Shown: positions 35,323 to 48,879, numbered from the stretch's first letter. The stretch is DNA of 64,000 nucleotides from Eledone cirrhosa (GCA_964016885.1 OZ024741.1:268026001-268090000); one strand, 5' to 3'. Program-made: numbers and translations. Notes: generated by a model from the letters alone, not told the origin.

Positions 35323-38179
35323 TATATAAGCCAGCTGGAAATTTTGGCCATAGTGATAAAGACTGGCAGGAATTTGTTGTTTGACCTCAGTTATTTCCAA
35401 TGATGGGCACTCCAATAGTTTCAATCAACAGATCAGCCTGCTTGTAAAATTAACATACAAGTGGTTAAGCATTCTACAAACATGTGTACCCTTAACATAG
35501 TTCTCAGGGAGATTCAGTAGGACATAGTGTGTATAAAGCTGGTCCCTTAAATTACAGGTACTTTTATTTTGCCAATTGAGTGAACTAGAGCAATATGAAA
35601 TAAAGTGTCTTGCTCAAGGAGACAATGAGCCTCCCAATCTGGGAATCAAACTCAGGATTCTACAATCATGAATCCAGTGCCCTAACCAGTAAGTAATGCA
35701 AGAATTTGTAGGGATTCATTGTTCACATATGTTGCTTATGCTGAAATCAAGGAGCAAAAGAATATTAATTCTTACTGTCTCTGACAATAACCTCCAGTTT
35801 TTCTTGAAGGACCCCTATATACTTTAGCAGCCTCTAGTTTCTCAGGCATTTATAGATCTTGCTTTCCTATATTTTATTCAGATGCTTGTAACGTATATGT
35901 ATCTTAATTGATACATCTTTTATACACACATGCGCACACACACACACATATGTTGTATCAATTAAATGATTGTTGATAGGAAGGGCATCCAATCATAGAA
36001 GCCTTGCCAAACAAAGGGTTCAGTTGTGTCAAAGACATTACAGCCTCCCTAGAACTAGTGTCATGATAACACTTTTCCAATACACTCTGTAGAGTACAAT
36101 GATGGGGAGAATTGTGCTCCCCCACCCCAATCAGGTCCATCTGGGAGGTCACTTGCTCTGAGTGAGTACTGACTTGGTCTACAATGACCAATCTAATCCT
36201 TACTAGCAGAGAAAACAGACATTGAATAATGATGATGTATGTGTGTGTATGTGTATGCATGTGTACCATTTCAAATGACCATAATAACAATTGATCCCTA
36301 TATATAATAATGGAGGCATATGGCCTAGTGGTAAGGTGTTGGACTTATTATCAAATGTTGTGGGTTTGATTCCTGTATTTGCTTGTGTGTTGTGTTCTTG
36401 AGCAAAGTGCTTCATTTCACATTGCCCCAGTATACTCAGCTGAAAATAAATACCAGCAATAGTTGAGAAAATTAAATACAGAAGTGTTCACTTTTTTCTT
36501 TCTCCCAGGATACTTTACCCAATTTTCTCAACTAACATTTATACTGATTGACTGTCATTTGTGTTGGAGCACACACATTTCAAATTTCAAAATTTCCCAC
36601 TGATTCTTTAGACAACCCCTTTGTTTATACATATATATTTATATAGGCCATGTGTGTCCAGTTTAAAAAAGTATTCTGTATGTCATAAGAAGCAACTAAA
36701 ACAGGGTATGTGTCAGGAAGGGCATCCAGCTATAAAACATTGCCTCAGAAAGTCCCATCCAACCCATGCCAGCATAGAAAAGTCAATGTAAAAATGATGA
36801 TAGTCCTGTGTGTGTGTGTGCGCGCACGCGCATGCATACGTGTCTGTGTGTGTGTGTGCTTGTATTATATAACTCCCAACTCCTACTTTTATCTATATTA
36901 GGACCTGAAAATTCACCATGTAAATAAATATCATCACCTATCTTTATTCTGAAATAGTTTCTTTTGAATTTCCACACCTAACTCTTGCTTATTAATCCAT
37001 TAGCAGAAGAAAAGGTTATTCTACCAATTTTAGTGTTAGCTACTTATCCTTATTGTTGTTTGCTCACTTTTTTCGACAACTTTTCTACTGACTAATTTTC
37101 TGCAAAATCAATTATCTTACATACCTTACTCCAATGTAAAAACATTTGACTTGGAACTTTCAAATGAATCTATAAACCTATTTCCTTTGCTAAAAGCCAT
37201 TATATTTACAATTCAATGAAAGAAATAAACATAGTTCGCTAAAATGCTTCATACGGCAATTACTTCCGTTTTATTTTAAAAACCTAAAAGCTGAGTTAAA
37301 AGTTTCTTATTTTTTTACCATTGTCAGGTCCTCCCCCCCCCCTCCCCCTATAATTCTTATTTATTATATTATTGCTACTAGGAATTCTTTCTATGTTAAA
37401 GCAGAAGAAAAAATTTCTGCTCATTTTTTAAAATAATTCTACTCAACTATATTCAAATATAAAAATTAGTTTATAATGAAAGTATTTCATCTCCTGCTAG
37501 GAAGTGTCATTTTGATTCTCTCTTTCTTTGTAATGTATTTAAATTTGTGAAAAAAGACACATTATTATTATTATTGATTGTATGTACTTAAAAGCTATAA
37601 AAGTGATGTTTTATTGAGATTTTAGATTTGTGATAAATTCCACCTGCTTAGTTCTTGGTCTTTTTCTATTAGCTTTTCACACCCAACAATTCCTACCACC
37701 ACAACCACCACTGCCACCACCACTACTATCATCAACGTATATTTAACACCTCCTCTCCCCTACCCTCATTGTACATCTTTTATTAAGATTACAGTTGAGC
37801 AGCTAAGTATCACTGCATCAACGTTTGGACTGCTATAAGCTGTTAGAATCTGCATTGTTGCCGTGTTGAGTCCCCCCATCCCACCCTCAAACCTCCTCTA
37901 CCATCCTCTTCCCCTCAACCTTCCTCTATTACTGATATTTTTCCTGGTAGGGGACTATATTTATCAACTTTGCTGTATATGATATATTTGTTAGCTTTCT
38001 TTCTCTCCTGTCTTCTAACTTTAACTCCTCCCTCTGTCCTCAACATTGTTGTCATGGATCTAAACTAAAATCTGTGGGTGATGCTGCAACATTTGTAATT
38101 AGCATTTCTGGCAGATCTAGAGCAATATACTGAATGCAATTAATGTTCACTATTACTTGTGTGCTGGGGTTGGAGATGT

Positions 38180-38277
38180 AGCTGGCTGGCTGGCTGGCTG
38201 TGCTGTGCTGGGAGGGGCTGTGTTGGGTTGTGCTGGGCTGGGCTGGGCTGGGCTGGGCTGGGCTGGGCTGGGCTGGG
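38180..38277. repeat. (GCTG)n/(GCTGG)n simple repeat
   Basis: Seen directly. Confidence 0.9.
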
Positions 38278-38712
38278 GTAGTGGATTGTTGGTAGGTGGT
38301 GAGAGGTGGGGTTTTAGAACTAGCTATAGATTTCAGGGTCAGCTCCATCTGCGATTGAATTGCTGCCGATCAAGTAGCATGAACAAATAAATCAACTTCA
38401 CTAATTGATTTATCACTCTGAGGTGAGCAGGCAATTAGTATTTCTGAAATACATATTTACTGACTTGATACTGCTTCTAATGATAGTCACTGTTATATTT
38501 CCTTATTTTGGATTTAACAAAATCTAAGCTTGTCACATAAATATACATAGAATTTACACTTTATATATATTTACATGCACACATATATACACACCCACAC
38601 ATACATATATATACACACACACATATAAATACACATATATATATACACACATATATTCATATTCATACACACACACACATATATATATATACACACACAT
38701 ACACATATATTA

Positions 38713-38745
<33 letters not shown>

Positions 38746-38766
38746 CACACACATACACATATATTA

Positions 38767-38805
<39 letters not shown>

Positions 38806-39268
38806 CATACATATACTCACACATACACATGTGCACACACACACACACACACACATGTATATGTTACATTCTTGTTTTTACAATGACAGAATTTTAAGTA
38901 ACAATTCTTCTTAAAATTGCTAAGCAACTTAATATAGAAATATTATAAAATTCAAAGACTACCTGGTGTTTGAAATTGAGAAACTGGGAAAGATTTTTTT
39001 TTTTTTAAACCTTAAAAGAAATTTCCAAATAACAGTTCATTGTGTAGCCATTCAGTATTGAAGACTTTTTAACTTTAAATTTGATAGAATGTTTTATTAT
39101 CTCATCACCTTTTGCTAACTTTTTAAAGTGGAATAGCGACTATGAAACTTTCTTCTGAATTTCTTAAACAAGGTAACTCACTTTTAGTTTCTTTTTAGAA
39201 TATACTCAAAAGGTAAAACTTCAAATTATATTTGTCAACCTTGCCGTAATTAATATTTGTTTAGACAT

Positions 39269-39473
39269 TTTTTCTTTCTTTTTCTTCTTTTTCTTCTTTT
39301 TCTTCTTTTTCTTCTTTTTCTTCTTTTTCTTCTTTTTCTTCTTTTTCTTCTTTTTCTTCTTTTTCTTCTTTTTCTTCTTTTTCTTCTTTTTCTTCTTTTT
39401 CTTTTTCTTCTTTTTCTTCTTTTTCTTCTTCTTTTTCTTCTTTCTTCTACTTATTATTATTATTATTATTATT
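39269..39473. repeat. (TTTTTCTTC)n then (TTA)n repeat
   Basis: Seen directly; source of the poly-K ORF. Confidence 0.95.
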
Positions 39474-39539
39474 CCTAGGAGGGTCATGGGAGCAGAGTCC
39501 TCAGACATGTTTTTCTGTTAGCAACAACTTTCTCAAACT

Positions 39540-39825
39540 GATCCAGCTGGATCCCCAAGTTCATGGCTGATATACAACCATCTAGCTTGTGGTTTAACTC
39601 TGAGTCCCTTGTCTGTAAAATCTCTCCAGCAATTCTTTCCTTAGACATTCTAACTACACGTTCATAGTATAAGAGTTGTGGTCTCTCATTTCAGAGGAGT
39701 ATCAGCTCTACCTAGAGTGACTCCCTAATTTCAGAGCTATGCGCTGTATTGAGTAACATTACCCCCCAAAGATCCTTTGGTGGGACCCCATTTCAGCTGC
39801 TTGTATTTGTGATCATATTCTTTCA
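39540..39825 (-). mobile_element. Decayed RTE/BovB-like fragment; related copy at 49715-50035
   Basis: The 49715 copy reads EIERSQIQYYGHMVRTSQERIAGQILQAKSTGRRPWNRPQARWLDN. Confidence 0.65.
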
Positions 39826-40185
39826 ATTATTAGCTTTTATATATATATATATATTGTTTTCCATTTACTTTTTGCATATATATTTATAAGGTATTATTAT
39901 TTGCAGTTGTGTAAACTCCTTGGTGGGGGTCAGGTTTAAAAATATGATCTTTATGTTTAAATTCAATAACAAGTTGAAAGAAATTCAGTCCATTTTAGAA
40001 CTTTTACCATAATTTAGTTTTCTTCCCAGTAGTAAACAAAATCATTTTGTTGTTTTGTCAGAGCAAGGAAACAGTTACTTTCATCAGCAGCAGCATATTC
40101 ATCTTGTTTTTCTATATTATTCTCACTGCATTGTTTACTGCAAAAAAAAAAAACACCCCATTACTCCCCCTGTATTCCACCACTA

Positions 40186-40523
40186 CCACTGGCTATTTTC
40201 ACCTGATGTTGATCTACTTTCAGTAGCATACACTGGAAGGTCTAAGGTTATATTTCTTGCTGTTTTCTGTGTTGTAAATATCACATGTATATTTGTCAGG
40301 CTTGGTTTATCTCTCGACATCTTTCCATTCTCCCCATCGTTCTACTGCTTGTATTCCACCTCTACCACTTCCAACACCACTGGCTATTTTCACCTGATGT
40401 TGATCTACTTTCAGTAGCATACACTGGAAAGTTTGAGGTTGTATTTGATGCTGTTTTCTGTGTTGTAAATATCACATGTATATTTGTCAGGCTCAGTTTA
40501 TCTCTCGACATCTTTCCATTCTC
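40186..40523. repeat. Tandem duplication with ~190-bp period
   Basis: accactggctattttcacctgatgttgatctac...tctctcgacatctttccattctcc occurs twice. Confidence 0.9.
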
Positions 40524-41232
40524 CTCCTCCTATTCCTTTACAACAGGAATTTCAATACAGAGCCACATGGATACTCTAATGAAGAATCTGAGTAACACCA
40601 CCTTTCCTGTTTTAATGGACTGAGGAGGAAAGTGGCCACTACTTGCTACAAGGTGTTGGGTCAGCTGTAAGCTGTCAGTATTTAGACTTTCTCATAATCA
40701 CTAATGATTTCTACTTTAGCCCTTTAGCATTTACATTACTCTATATATACTATTTTCATGGTAAAGGCTTTATCTCACATAATTATCTCACATAATATCA
40801 AATCTATGAGATTTCAATATTATTTATTTTGGGAACAATACCTTAACATCAGTATGAGTGGTCGGTTACAGTTGGTTTGAACAGAAAGAGGTGAGAGAAT
40901 TCTGGCTGGATACGACCAGTTTAAATTCTAAAGGGTTTTAAGTTAGGCACAAAACTTGAAAATTTTTGAGGAGGGGAAAGTCAATTATATCAACAGCCAG
41001 TACTGAACAGGTGCTTTATTTTATCAACCCCTGACTACAGTAGCAGCAACATCATAATCATCAATATTTCATTCATCTACAATAGCAATAACTTCCTCAA
41101 AAACAAACAACTAAGTTATCTTCAACTGCAGAATAATGACACATTCAACAAAAACAATAACTGAAATAGTTGATGTGGGTTCAACTCCCATGTGTGCTGA
41201 TACCCAGCTTTAACTCTTCAGTAGGTTTATAC

Positions 41233-41481
41233 CGGGGCTGGATTTAATGGGGAACAAAGGGGGTAATTGCCCTGCTGTGGGGGGTTCCACCAGCGACAGG
41301 GTTTTTAGTTTTAGGATGGTTAGAATTTTTTAATTTAATACCTGTATAACTTTTCAATTCTAATTACTTGCACCAAGCTGACTTTGATATGTAAAATTGT
41401 GGGGGGTCTGCTGTGTATGACCTCCCCCCCCCCCCCCAACCTGAGGTGCCCCGAGCCCCCCAAAGTCTAAATCCAACCCTG
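41233..41481. mobile_element. hAT-type MITE
   Basis: TIRs cggggctggattta / taaatccaaccctg; 8-bp TSD gtttatac / gtttatat. Confidence 0.75.
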
Positions 41482-42054
41482 GTTTATATGCCCCATTATT
41501 AGACTATATTATTTAGTCAATGTTACAACGAAGCTTTATTTCAATTCTAAACTTTGCTCACCATATTGCAAAAACAATAATATTTATTAACCACAACAAC
41601 AACAGGTTTCTATAATTATATTTCTAACCATCCAAAAATACAAAAGCCTTTAAGCAGCTGCTCAGCTTGCTAAGCATAGCAACCAAAATATCCTCCAAAT
41701 GACTATTTTCATAAAGAAGGAACAATGCATTGAATAATATTATCCCTGATATACAAAAAAACAAAGGATGGTCTTGGATGGAATGTGTTTGATAAGGTCT
41801 GCTGGATCAGTGCTACCTAGGGTTAAATAGCAATAATAATGTAGATGTAAATATATACAGCATGTACACCGAGACACTATAACATTGTAAACCTAAAATC
41901 ACACACTCGTCATGACAAAGTATATGCATACACATACACAAACAAACACACACACACACATGTGCACACACACGCGTGCACACATTTAATGACTTCAGTT
42001 ATTAAAGGCACAAGCACCTACTGTTGAATATATATATATGTAATATACACACAA

Positions 42055-42321
42055 ATCATCATCATCACCGTTTTACGTCCGTTCTTCCACGCTTGCATGG
42101 GTTAGACGGGTTGTCCCATTGTGGGCAGTGTCTGGTCGGCTGACCTTGTCTTGCTCACACGGGAACTGGTTCTGGCTTGATTTCTACAGCTGGAAGCCCT
42201 TCCTAACACCAACCTCATTTACAGTGAGTGCCGGGTGCTTTTTTCCGTGGTGCCTACACGTCCACTTTACAGTGTGGGCTGGGTGCTTTTTTGCCGTGGC
42301 ACCTCCACGACCACTTTGCAG
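42055..42321 (-). mobile_element. RTE-tailed SINE-like element with internal repeats
   Basis: (CAT)n then ttttacgtccgttcttccacgcttgcatggg; body shared with 46760-46868. Confidence 0.75.
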
Positions 42322-44078
42322 TATATATATGTGAGTGTGTGTGTGTAATATACCTGTAAGGTCTGCTGGATCAGTGCTACATATATGTGTGTTCATAACT
42401 AGTGTCAACATAACTTCAACAACAACTTCATCACTATACTTAACATAACAACAACAACAACAACAAGCAATCGAGAGAAGTTCTATGTTTGTCTACTTGA
42501 TCAGGTCTGATCTGGGGCTAAACTACAATATACACTTTCAAATGTTATATACATAGCTATAATCCTACAGAGGTGGCTCTATGTAGTCAATCATTCTAAT
42601 AGAAATAGCAACAAAATCTTCCTCAAATTACACTCTACCATCTTTTTTTTTAAATGAAAGAGTCATTGCATAATGTAGTCCTAGATACAGTTTCTTAAAA
42701 AATGAACAGATCAATCATGACTGAAATGGAAAATATTTGGTCACAGGTCTGCTCATTTAGGACTAACCTGGAGGTGAACTACAAACTATAACCACTAATA
42801 CTAACTACTATAGCCATTATTTGCCTATGGTCGTTCAACCTGCTATAAATAGTAACTAAATCCCCTCAAATTATATCCTGTTGTTTAGAAGAAAAAACGG
42901 GACATATTAGATAATGTAATCCTAGCTACACTGTCTGAAAGTGATAAGATTATCACTGCTGGAAGACCTTTGATCATAGGTCTGTTCAGATCAGGGCTGA
43001 ACAGAGACAATACAGCAATTACTTAGCAACAATAAAACTATCAATAACAAAGTTACCTCCATCTCCATTGACATAAACAACAAAGGATCTGAAGCCACAA
43101 TGGAACTAGAATCACAAGAGAACTTCTATATAGTCACTGCAATTGTAAGAAATAACCACTGAATTCCTCTGCAACCATACTCGACTGTTGTAAACAAGGA
43201 AAGGATGCATTAGATCAGGTTGTTCTAAATACTCCTAAAGAGATATGATAGTCATGATTGGAAAGCCAAGATAGCTAAACAACAACAAAAGAATCCCATC
43301 TACCACCTACCACTATCACTAGAGCAACCAATCCCCCCACTATAACTTGTAAATACCACCACACCATCTATGTTTGTTTAAACCAAACTAACATAGTTTA
43401 TACTACATCTCTGTATATTCTTAGGTTTTCCTGTCTTTATTTACACTGATCCATAACTCATTTCATTTATAATTTCCTCAATAATCTTCAGTTGTAATGT
43501 TTTAATTATTTCCTCACGTAGTTCCTTAACCCTTTAGCATTTACATTACTCTATATTTACTATTATATTTTCATGGTAAAGGCTTTATCTCACCTATTAT
43601 TGAATCTATGAAATTTTTGATGTTATCTATTTTGAGAACAATAACTTACAATAACAGTATGAGTGACCAATTATGACCTGTTTGAACAGAAAGAGGTGAG
43701 AGAATTCTGACCAGATACACCTGGTTCAAATGCTAAGGGGTTAATGCCTATTTGTCATTTCTATGCTTACAACATGCTCTTCAGGATTTTGTGAGGCCAC
43801 CTCACTCCTGTACATTCTGATTTTAAATCTCATCATAGTCCACTTTACCATTCATCCTTCTGGGTTCATATAAATTGACTGTACCCTAAACCTGTAAAAT
43901 TCCTGGCAGGGTGTCGTCTTACAGTATTTCTTTAATTAAATTCATTTACACTCAGTGAACAAACATTGTTGATGTCAACTTTCCCTTTCATCCTTCTGGT
44001 GAGGAGCGGGCTGGGGTTCAATGAAATTAGTACCAGTCAAATTAATATTGAGTCTTCTCAGCAGCAAAACCTGCAGTT

Positions 44079-44142
<64 letters not shown>

Positions 44143-44392
44143 TACAAGGTATGTTTGAAAAGTAATGGGACTGGTGTCACAAACAATTTCAATTCCAAAC
44201 AACAAACTACATGGTTTCCCCTTCAAAGTAATCCCCTTCAAGTCTAATGCACTTTTCCATCCTTCTCTGCACTGCTAGAAGGATTCTTCTCGTATGCCCC
44301 TCAGCTCCTTCGTTATGGCCTCCACACCTTCAATACAGGTGACCCCCTTTGAGCTTAGGGAAAAGAAAAAAGTTACACGGAGCAAGATCAGT
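44143..44392 (-). mobile_element. Mariner transposon 3' remnant
   Basis: Minus strand DLAPCNFFLFPKLKG...RWKKCIRLEGDYFEG-like sequence; terminal ta-caaggtatgtttgaaaagtaatggga TIR. Confidence 0.8.
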
Positions 44393-45199
44393 CTAGCTCT
44401 GACAACCAATCAATTTTAATAGCCATTACATGTTGTAAGGGATGGGTCAGGTGCCACAATAAAAATGCACCCAGTGCATTTTCTGTAAAGTGGTAGTGCT
44501 GGTGCTAAAACAAAATGCATCCAGCCGCTCTGTAATATGGAAGTACTGGTGCCATGATAAAAAAAAATTCCAGTCCTCTCTGTAAAGTGGTTGCTTTTAG
44601 GAAGAGCATCCAGCTGTTTTAAAACTGCCAGAATGAAACATGAGTAAGACATGATCATGTGACCTGCCTAGTCACAGAACATGACAGCAGATTCAGCATG
44701 GAAAATTGAGATAAGACATTGGTGGTGATGGTGATGATGGAGTTTATAAATATATACACATGAAAGTGCAGGGCTTAGTAGTTAGTGTTGGGCTTAGAAT
44801 TGTGAGGTAGTCAGTTCGATTCCAGGACCAGGCAATGTGTTGTGACCTTGAGCAAAACATTTTATTTCATGCTGCTTCAGTTTACTCAGCTGTAGAAATG
44901 AGTTGTGACGTCACTGGTACCAAGTTGTAGCGGCCTTTGCTGGGACAACATTGGTGATATAAGTGACTGCTGGTTATCCACAAACAACCTTGCCCAGAAT
45001 TGTACCTCGGAGGGGAACTTTCTAGGTGCAAATCCCATGGTCATTTGTGACTAAAGGATTCTTTACCCTTTATATATATGTATATATATATGTGTGCATA
45101 TATGTATATATATATGTGTGCATATATATGTGTGTATATATGTTTGTATATATATATGTGTGTGTGTATAGGTGTATATATGTATGTGTGTGTGTATAA

Positions 45200-45648
45200 A
45201 AGTGCAGGGCAATGAAAATTGATGGAAGCTGCGGAGTGGGTAGACCAAGAAAAACCTGGGACGAGGTGATAAAAACTGAACTTGCTCACCTACACCTCTC
45301 TAAGACAATGACACTGGATTGAGACCTTTGGTGCCATGCAGTTGTACAGAAGACGCGACTGCCATTGCATACATACCTACAGTCAGTAGGCACCACTTAA
45401 CGCAATGTACACCCCACCTCCACCCCATTCTCCCTCTCCCATTCCGTCCACTGTGACAATGACACAACAGTCCACTCTACAAATGTGGTTGGTGTTAGGG
45501 TTAGGGCATCCAGCTGTAAAAAACCTGCCAGAGACGCTTCCGTGCGAGCGAGACGGGGGTCTCCCGACCATTCCTGCACCAAATGAAACAAAATTGTCTA
45601 ACCCATGCTAGTGTGGAAGATGGACGTTAAACAATGATGATGATGATA
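45200..45648 (+). mobile_element. RTE LINE 3' end with (ATG)n tail
   Basis: KCRAMKIDGSCGVGRPRKTWDEVIKTELAHLHLSKTM. Confidence 0.85.
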
Positions 45649-45849
45649 TGTATGTGTATGTATATGTGTGTGTGTATATATATATATATGTATGTGTGTG
45701 TATATATATATATGTATGTGTATATGTATAGCGCATCGATAGGGGTTCTCCTACATGGATATAAAGTAGTGGCCGTACTCGAAAACGAGTTGGCAGCCAC
45801 CATATATATGTATATATATATATATATGAATATATATATATATATATAT

Positions 45850-46042
45850 GGCCATGTCTAACTTAATAGCACCACCTGACGAAGTCTTTCAAATCAGGAT
45901 TTGGGCACCATGGCCCACTCAAGTAGAGAGTTATTGTTTACGGAGACATATCCAGGTGTAGGATATTCACCCGGGATTTCTTGAAGGAATTTGTCCCAAG
46001 ACTTCTTGAAGTTTATGGGGTCTGATTCCATTTTAATGTGTT
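45850..46042 (-). mobile_element. CR1/L2-group LINE C-terminal end
   Basis: DPINFKKSWDKFLQEIPGEYPTPGYVSVNNNSLLEW, like the FKxxLDxxLxxIPDxPxxPGY...NSL motif. Confidence 0.7.
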
Positions 46043-46109
46043 TTGATGTAATATTATGAGATGTGAGTGTGATTTTTGTGTGTGTATATATATATATATA
46101 TATACAATA

Positions 46110-46175
46110 TATTTTATCTGATGAAAGTGCACCAAAGTTTGCTCTGGTGGCCCTTGAAATATGTATAATGAAATA
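46110..46175 (+). ncRNA. Type I hammerhead, paralogue of 9741-9806
   Basis: TATTTTAT-CTGATGA-AAG..CACCA..TGGTG..CTT-GAAA-TATGTATA-ATGAAATA; the stem I change gives a G-U pair. Confidence 0.75.
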
Positions 46176-46331
46176 AATATGGTTTTATAAATATAGTTTC
46201 CATTTGTTAATATATTGTATATTTACTCCAATAATTTGTTGAGTGCTTTATATCAGTTATAAAAATATTTTGCTTGTTGTATCCCAACAAATTAAATATA
46301 ACCTCTATATATATATATATATATACATATA

Positions 46332-46651
46332 CTTAAGGTAAACAATTCAAGCACTCAACGTACTTTTTCCACATAGGAGTGACAAAGTATATATCGAATA
46401 AGAAAAAGCGAAGTAGTTTCAGATGTTAAAGTCCTTTAATGATAATGCTGTGATACATATTTCAATGACGACAGTGGCCACATGGTTCGGTGTACCCAGT
46501 GCTGTGACATCATCAGACAGTTCCTTACATAATAAGGTTATGTTTCCGAGGCAATCCAAATTGAATCGTGTGGCCACTGTTGTCATTGAAATATGTATCA
46601 CAGCATTATCATTAAAGGACTTTAACATCTGAAACTACTTCGCTTTTTCTT

Positions 46652-46655
<4 letters not shown>
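46332..46655. mobile_element. (TA)n-bounded fold-back cassette, 93-bp arms (46396-46488 / 46563-46655)
   Basis: Arms are reverse complements, which explains the mirrored ORFs at 46419 and 46423. Confidence 0.9.
46448..46520 (-). ncRNA. Type I hammerhead with extended (~46-nt) stem II
   Basis: CTGT-CTGATGA-[46 nt]-GAAA-TATGT-ATC-ACAG. Confidence 0.65.
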
Positions 46656-46698
<43 letters not shown>

Positions 46699-46917
46699 TC
46701 ATCATCATCATTTCGTTTTACATCCGCTTTTCCCTGCTTGCAAGGGTGGGACGGGAACTGATTCTGGTTTGATTTCTACAGTGAGTGCTGGGTGCTTTTT
46801 TTCCGTGGCGCCTACACGTCCACTTTACAGTGTGGGCTGGGTGCTTTTTTGCCGTGGCACCTCCACAATCACTTTGCGTTTCTACAGCTGAGTGAACTGG
46901 AGCAATGTGAAAGAAAG

Positions 46918-47094
46918 TGTCTTGCTCAAGGAAACAACACATCACCCAGTCTGAGAATTGAACTCACAACCTTTCGATTGCAAGGCCAATACACTAACCA
47001 CACATGGCTTAGTGGTTAGTGCATTGGCCTTGCAATCGAAAGGTTGTGAGTTCAATTCTCAGACTGGGTGATGTGTTGTTTCCTTGAGCAAGAC
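46918..47094. mobile_element. Head-to-head fold-back of a tRNA-derived SINE head
   Basis: gtcttgctcaaggaaac...cactaaccac is mirrored by gtggttagtg...gtttccttgagcaagac, with one mismatch seen. Confidence 0.9.
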
Positions 47095-47184
47095 TATATA
47101 TATATATAGTAATAATAATAAATTTGAAGACTAAAGGGTGAAAGCAGCGATTCTTTGCTTAAACTTAATCTGTTATTTTAATAA

Positions 47185-47216
<32 letters not shown>

Positions 47217-47484
47217 ATGTATAAATATATGTGTGTATATGTATATATATATATGTATATATATAGTGTATATATATATATGTATATATATATAGTGTAT
47301 ATATATATATGTATATATATATAGTGTATATATATATATGTATATATATATAGTGTATATATATATATGTATATATATATAGTGTATATATATATATGTA
47401 TATATTTATGTATATATATAGTGTATATGTGTATATATATATGTGTGTATATATATATATGTGCATATTGTCTATATGCTTCAG

Positions 47485-47970
47485 CTTCGACTTGTACCCG
47501 TGGGGAGTCAGGTCTTCTGTATTACTGCGTGACGCCAGAGGTCACGGTCGTGTGTCATCGCCTTTGAGAGATGCAATTGGGTAAGGTCGGCTTTTATCAC
47601 CTCATCCCAGGTCTTCTTCGGTCTCCCCACTCCGCGGCTTCCATCGACTTCTAGTGCTCTCCACCTTTTTATGCAGCTGTCATCCTTCATACGCATCACA
47701 TGTCCATACCAACGCAACCTTCTCTCCTGTACACAGCATTTGATTCCTCTTATGCTCAGTCTCTCTCTCAATTCGTTTATGCTTTGCCATTCACGTATAT
47801 TACTATTACACATCCATCGGAGCATGCAGGCTTCGTTTCTTTCTAATCTACGCAAGTCTTCTACAGACAGCGCCCAGGTCTCACTACCATGTAACATTGC
47901 TGTTCATATACATGCATCATACAGTCTGCCTTTCATTTTGAGGGAAAAACCTTTTGCAGCTAGCAGTGGC
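47485..47970 (-). mobile_element. RTE LINE RT C-terminal fragment
   Basis: ORF 47508-47897: MLHGSETW...RRLRWYGHVMR...GRPKKTW. Confidence 0.9.
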
Positions 47971-48652
47971 AGTAGCTATTTAATCTTTATCAAGCCCTCT
48001 TCAGATTTTAGTCTTCACATTTATTATTACTATAGTTTTATATATTATTACTATAGTTTATATATTATTACTATTATTACTATAGTTTTATATATACATA
48101 TATATAAAACTATAACGTGTTATCCCATATATATATATATCAGGGTTAAACCAATATTAAACTAGTTAAACCATTATTCAACAGAGTACACAATACTTGG
48201 GATAGTAGCATTTAACTATATTAGAAAGATTCAGCTCAGCCCTGACTCTTTCTAATATATAATATAGAGAGACAGGCAGAGAAAGAAAGAGAAATTTGTT
48301 GAGTTTAATGTGTTTTCTAAAACTATCAGAACAGTAAATGAAACCATTCCCTACTTGGAATTATTATAATCACACTGCGGATTCAACAGGAGACTTAGAA
48401 ACACACCATTAATATTATGTATCACTTATGTGGTCATTAAACCTTCTCAATGAGTGTGAATGTGAGTGGGAGGAGGAGAGGGTGTAAAGTTTTTGACATT
48501 TCTATTTTTCCGAAGGGTATTAACAATGTAAATGAAGCAGTTCCAACTGGGAATCAAAATCATATCATGATGGGCTTGGTTCACCAACTTACTACAATAC
48601 CATAGCACCTGCTGTAATAGTAATCATCATAATAACATTGAACACTAAACTA

Positions 48653-48684
<32 letters not shown>

Positions 48685-48872
48685 GGGCGGTGGATTGGCA
48701 GTATCGGTAGAGGGTCGGATGCCATGCTTTGACACATAGAGTTACAGCCCTTGCCATTCTGAGTTCAAATCCTGCCGAGGTTGACTTTGCTTTCATCCTT
48801 ACGGGGTCGATAAAATAAAGTACCAGTAATGCACTGGGTAATTGCTGGCCTTGTGCCTAAAGTAGAAACAAT
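48685..48872 (+). mobile_element. Full-length SINE family A after (ATT)n; further plus copies 49225-49436 and 50980-51197
   Basis: Same consensus as 14353-14540. Confidence 0.85.
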
Positions 48873-48879
48873 TATTACT

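Noticed and set aside
39221-39508. Poly-lysine ORF
   Set aside because: Simple (TTTTTCTTC)n repeat.
40015-40140. Minus-strand acceptor (T-run + GCAG) followed by a short open frame
   Set aside because: Unrecognisable 40-aa peptide in phase 2, incompatible with direct splicing from the phase-0 candidate exon; cannot be supported without RNA data.
45868-45900. CTGACGA as a hammerhead core (also CTGATGA near 10990, 15275, 31787, 32784, 55438, 62366)
   Set aside because: No properly placed stem II, GAAA and stem I partner.
46419-46632. Mirror-image 69-aa ORFs on both strands
   Set aside because: A consequence of the DNA palindrome; no coding evidence.
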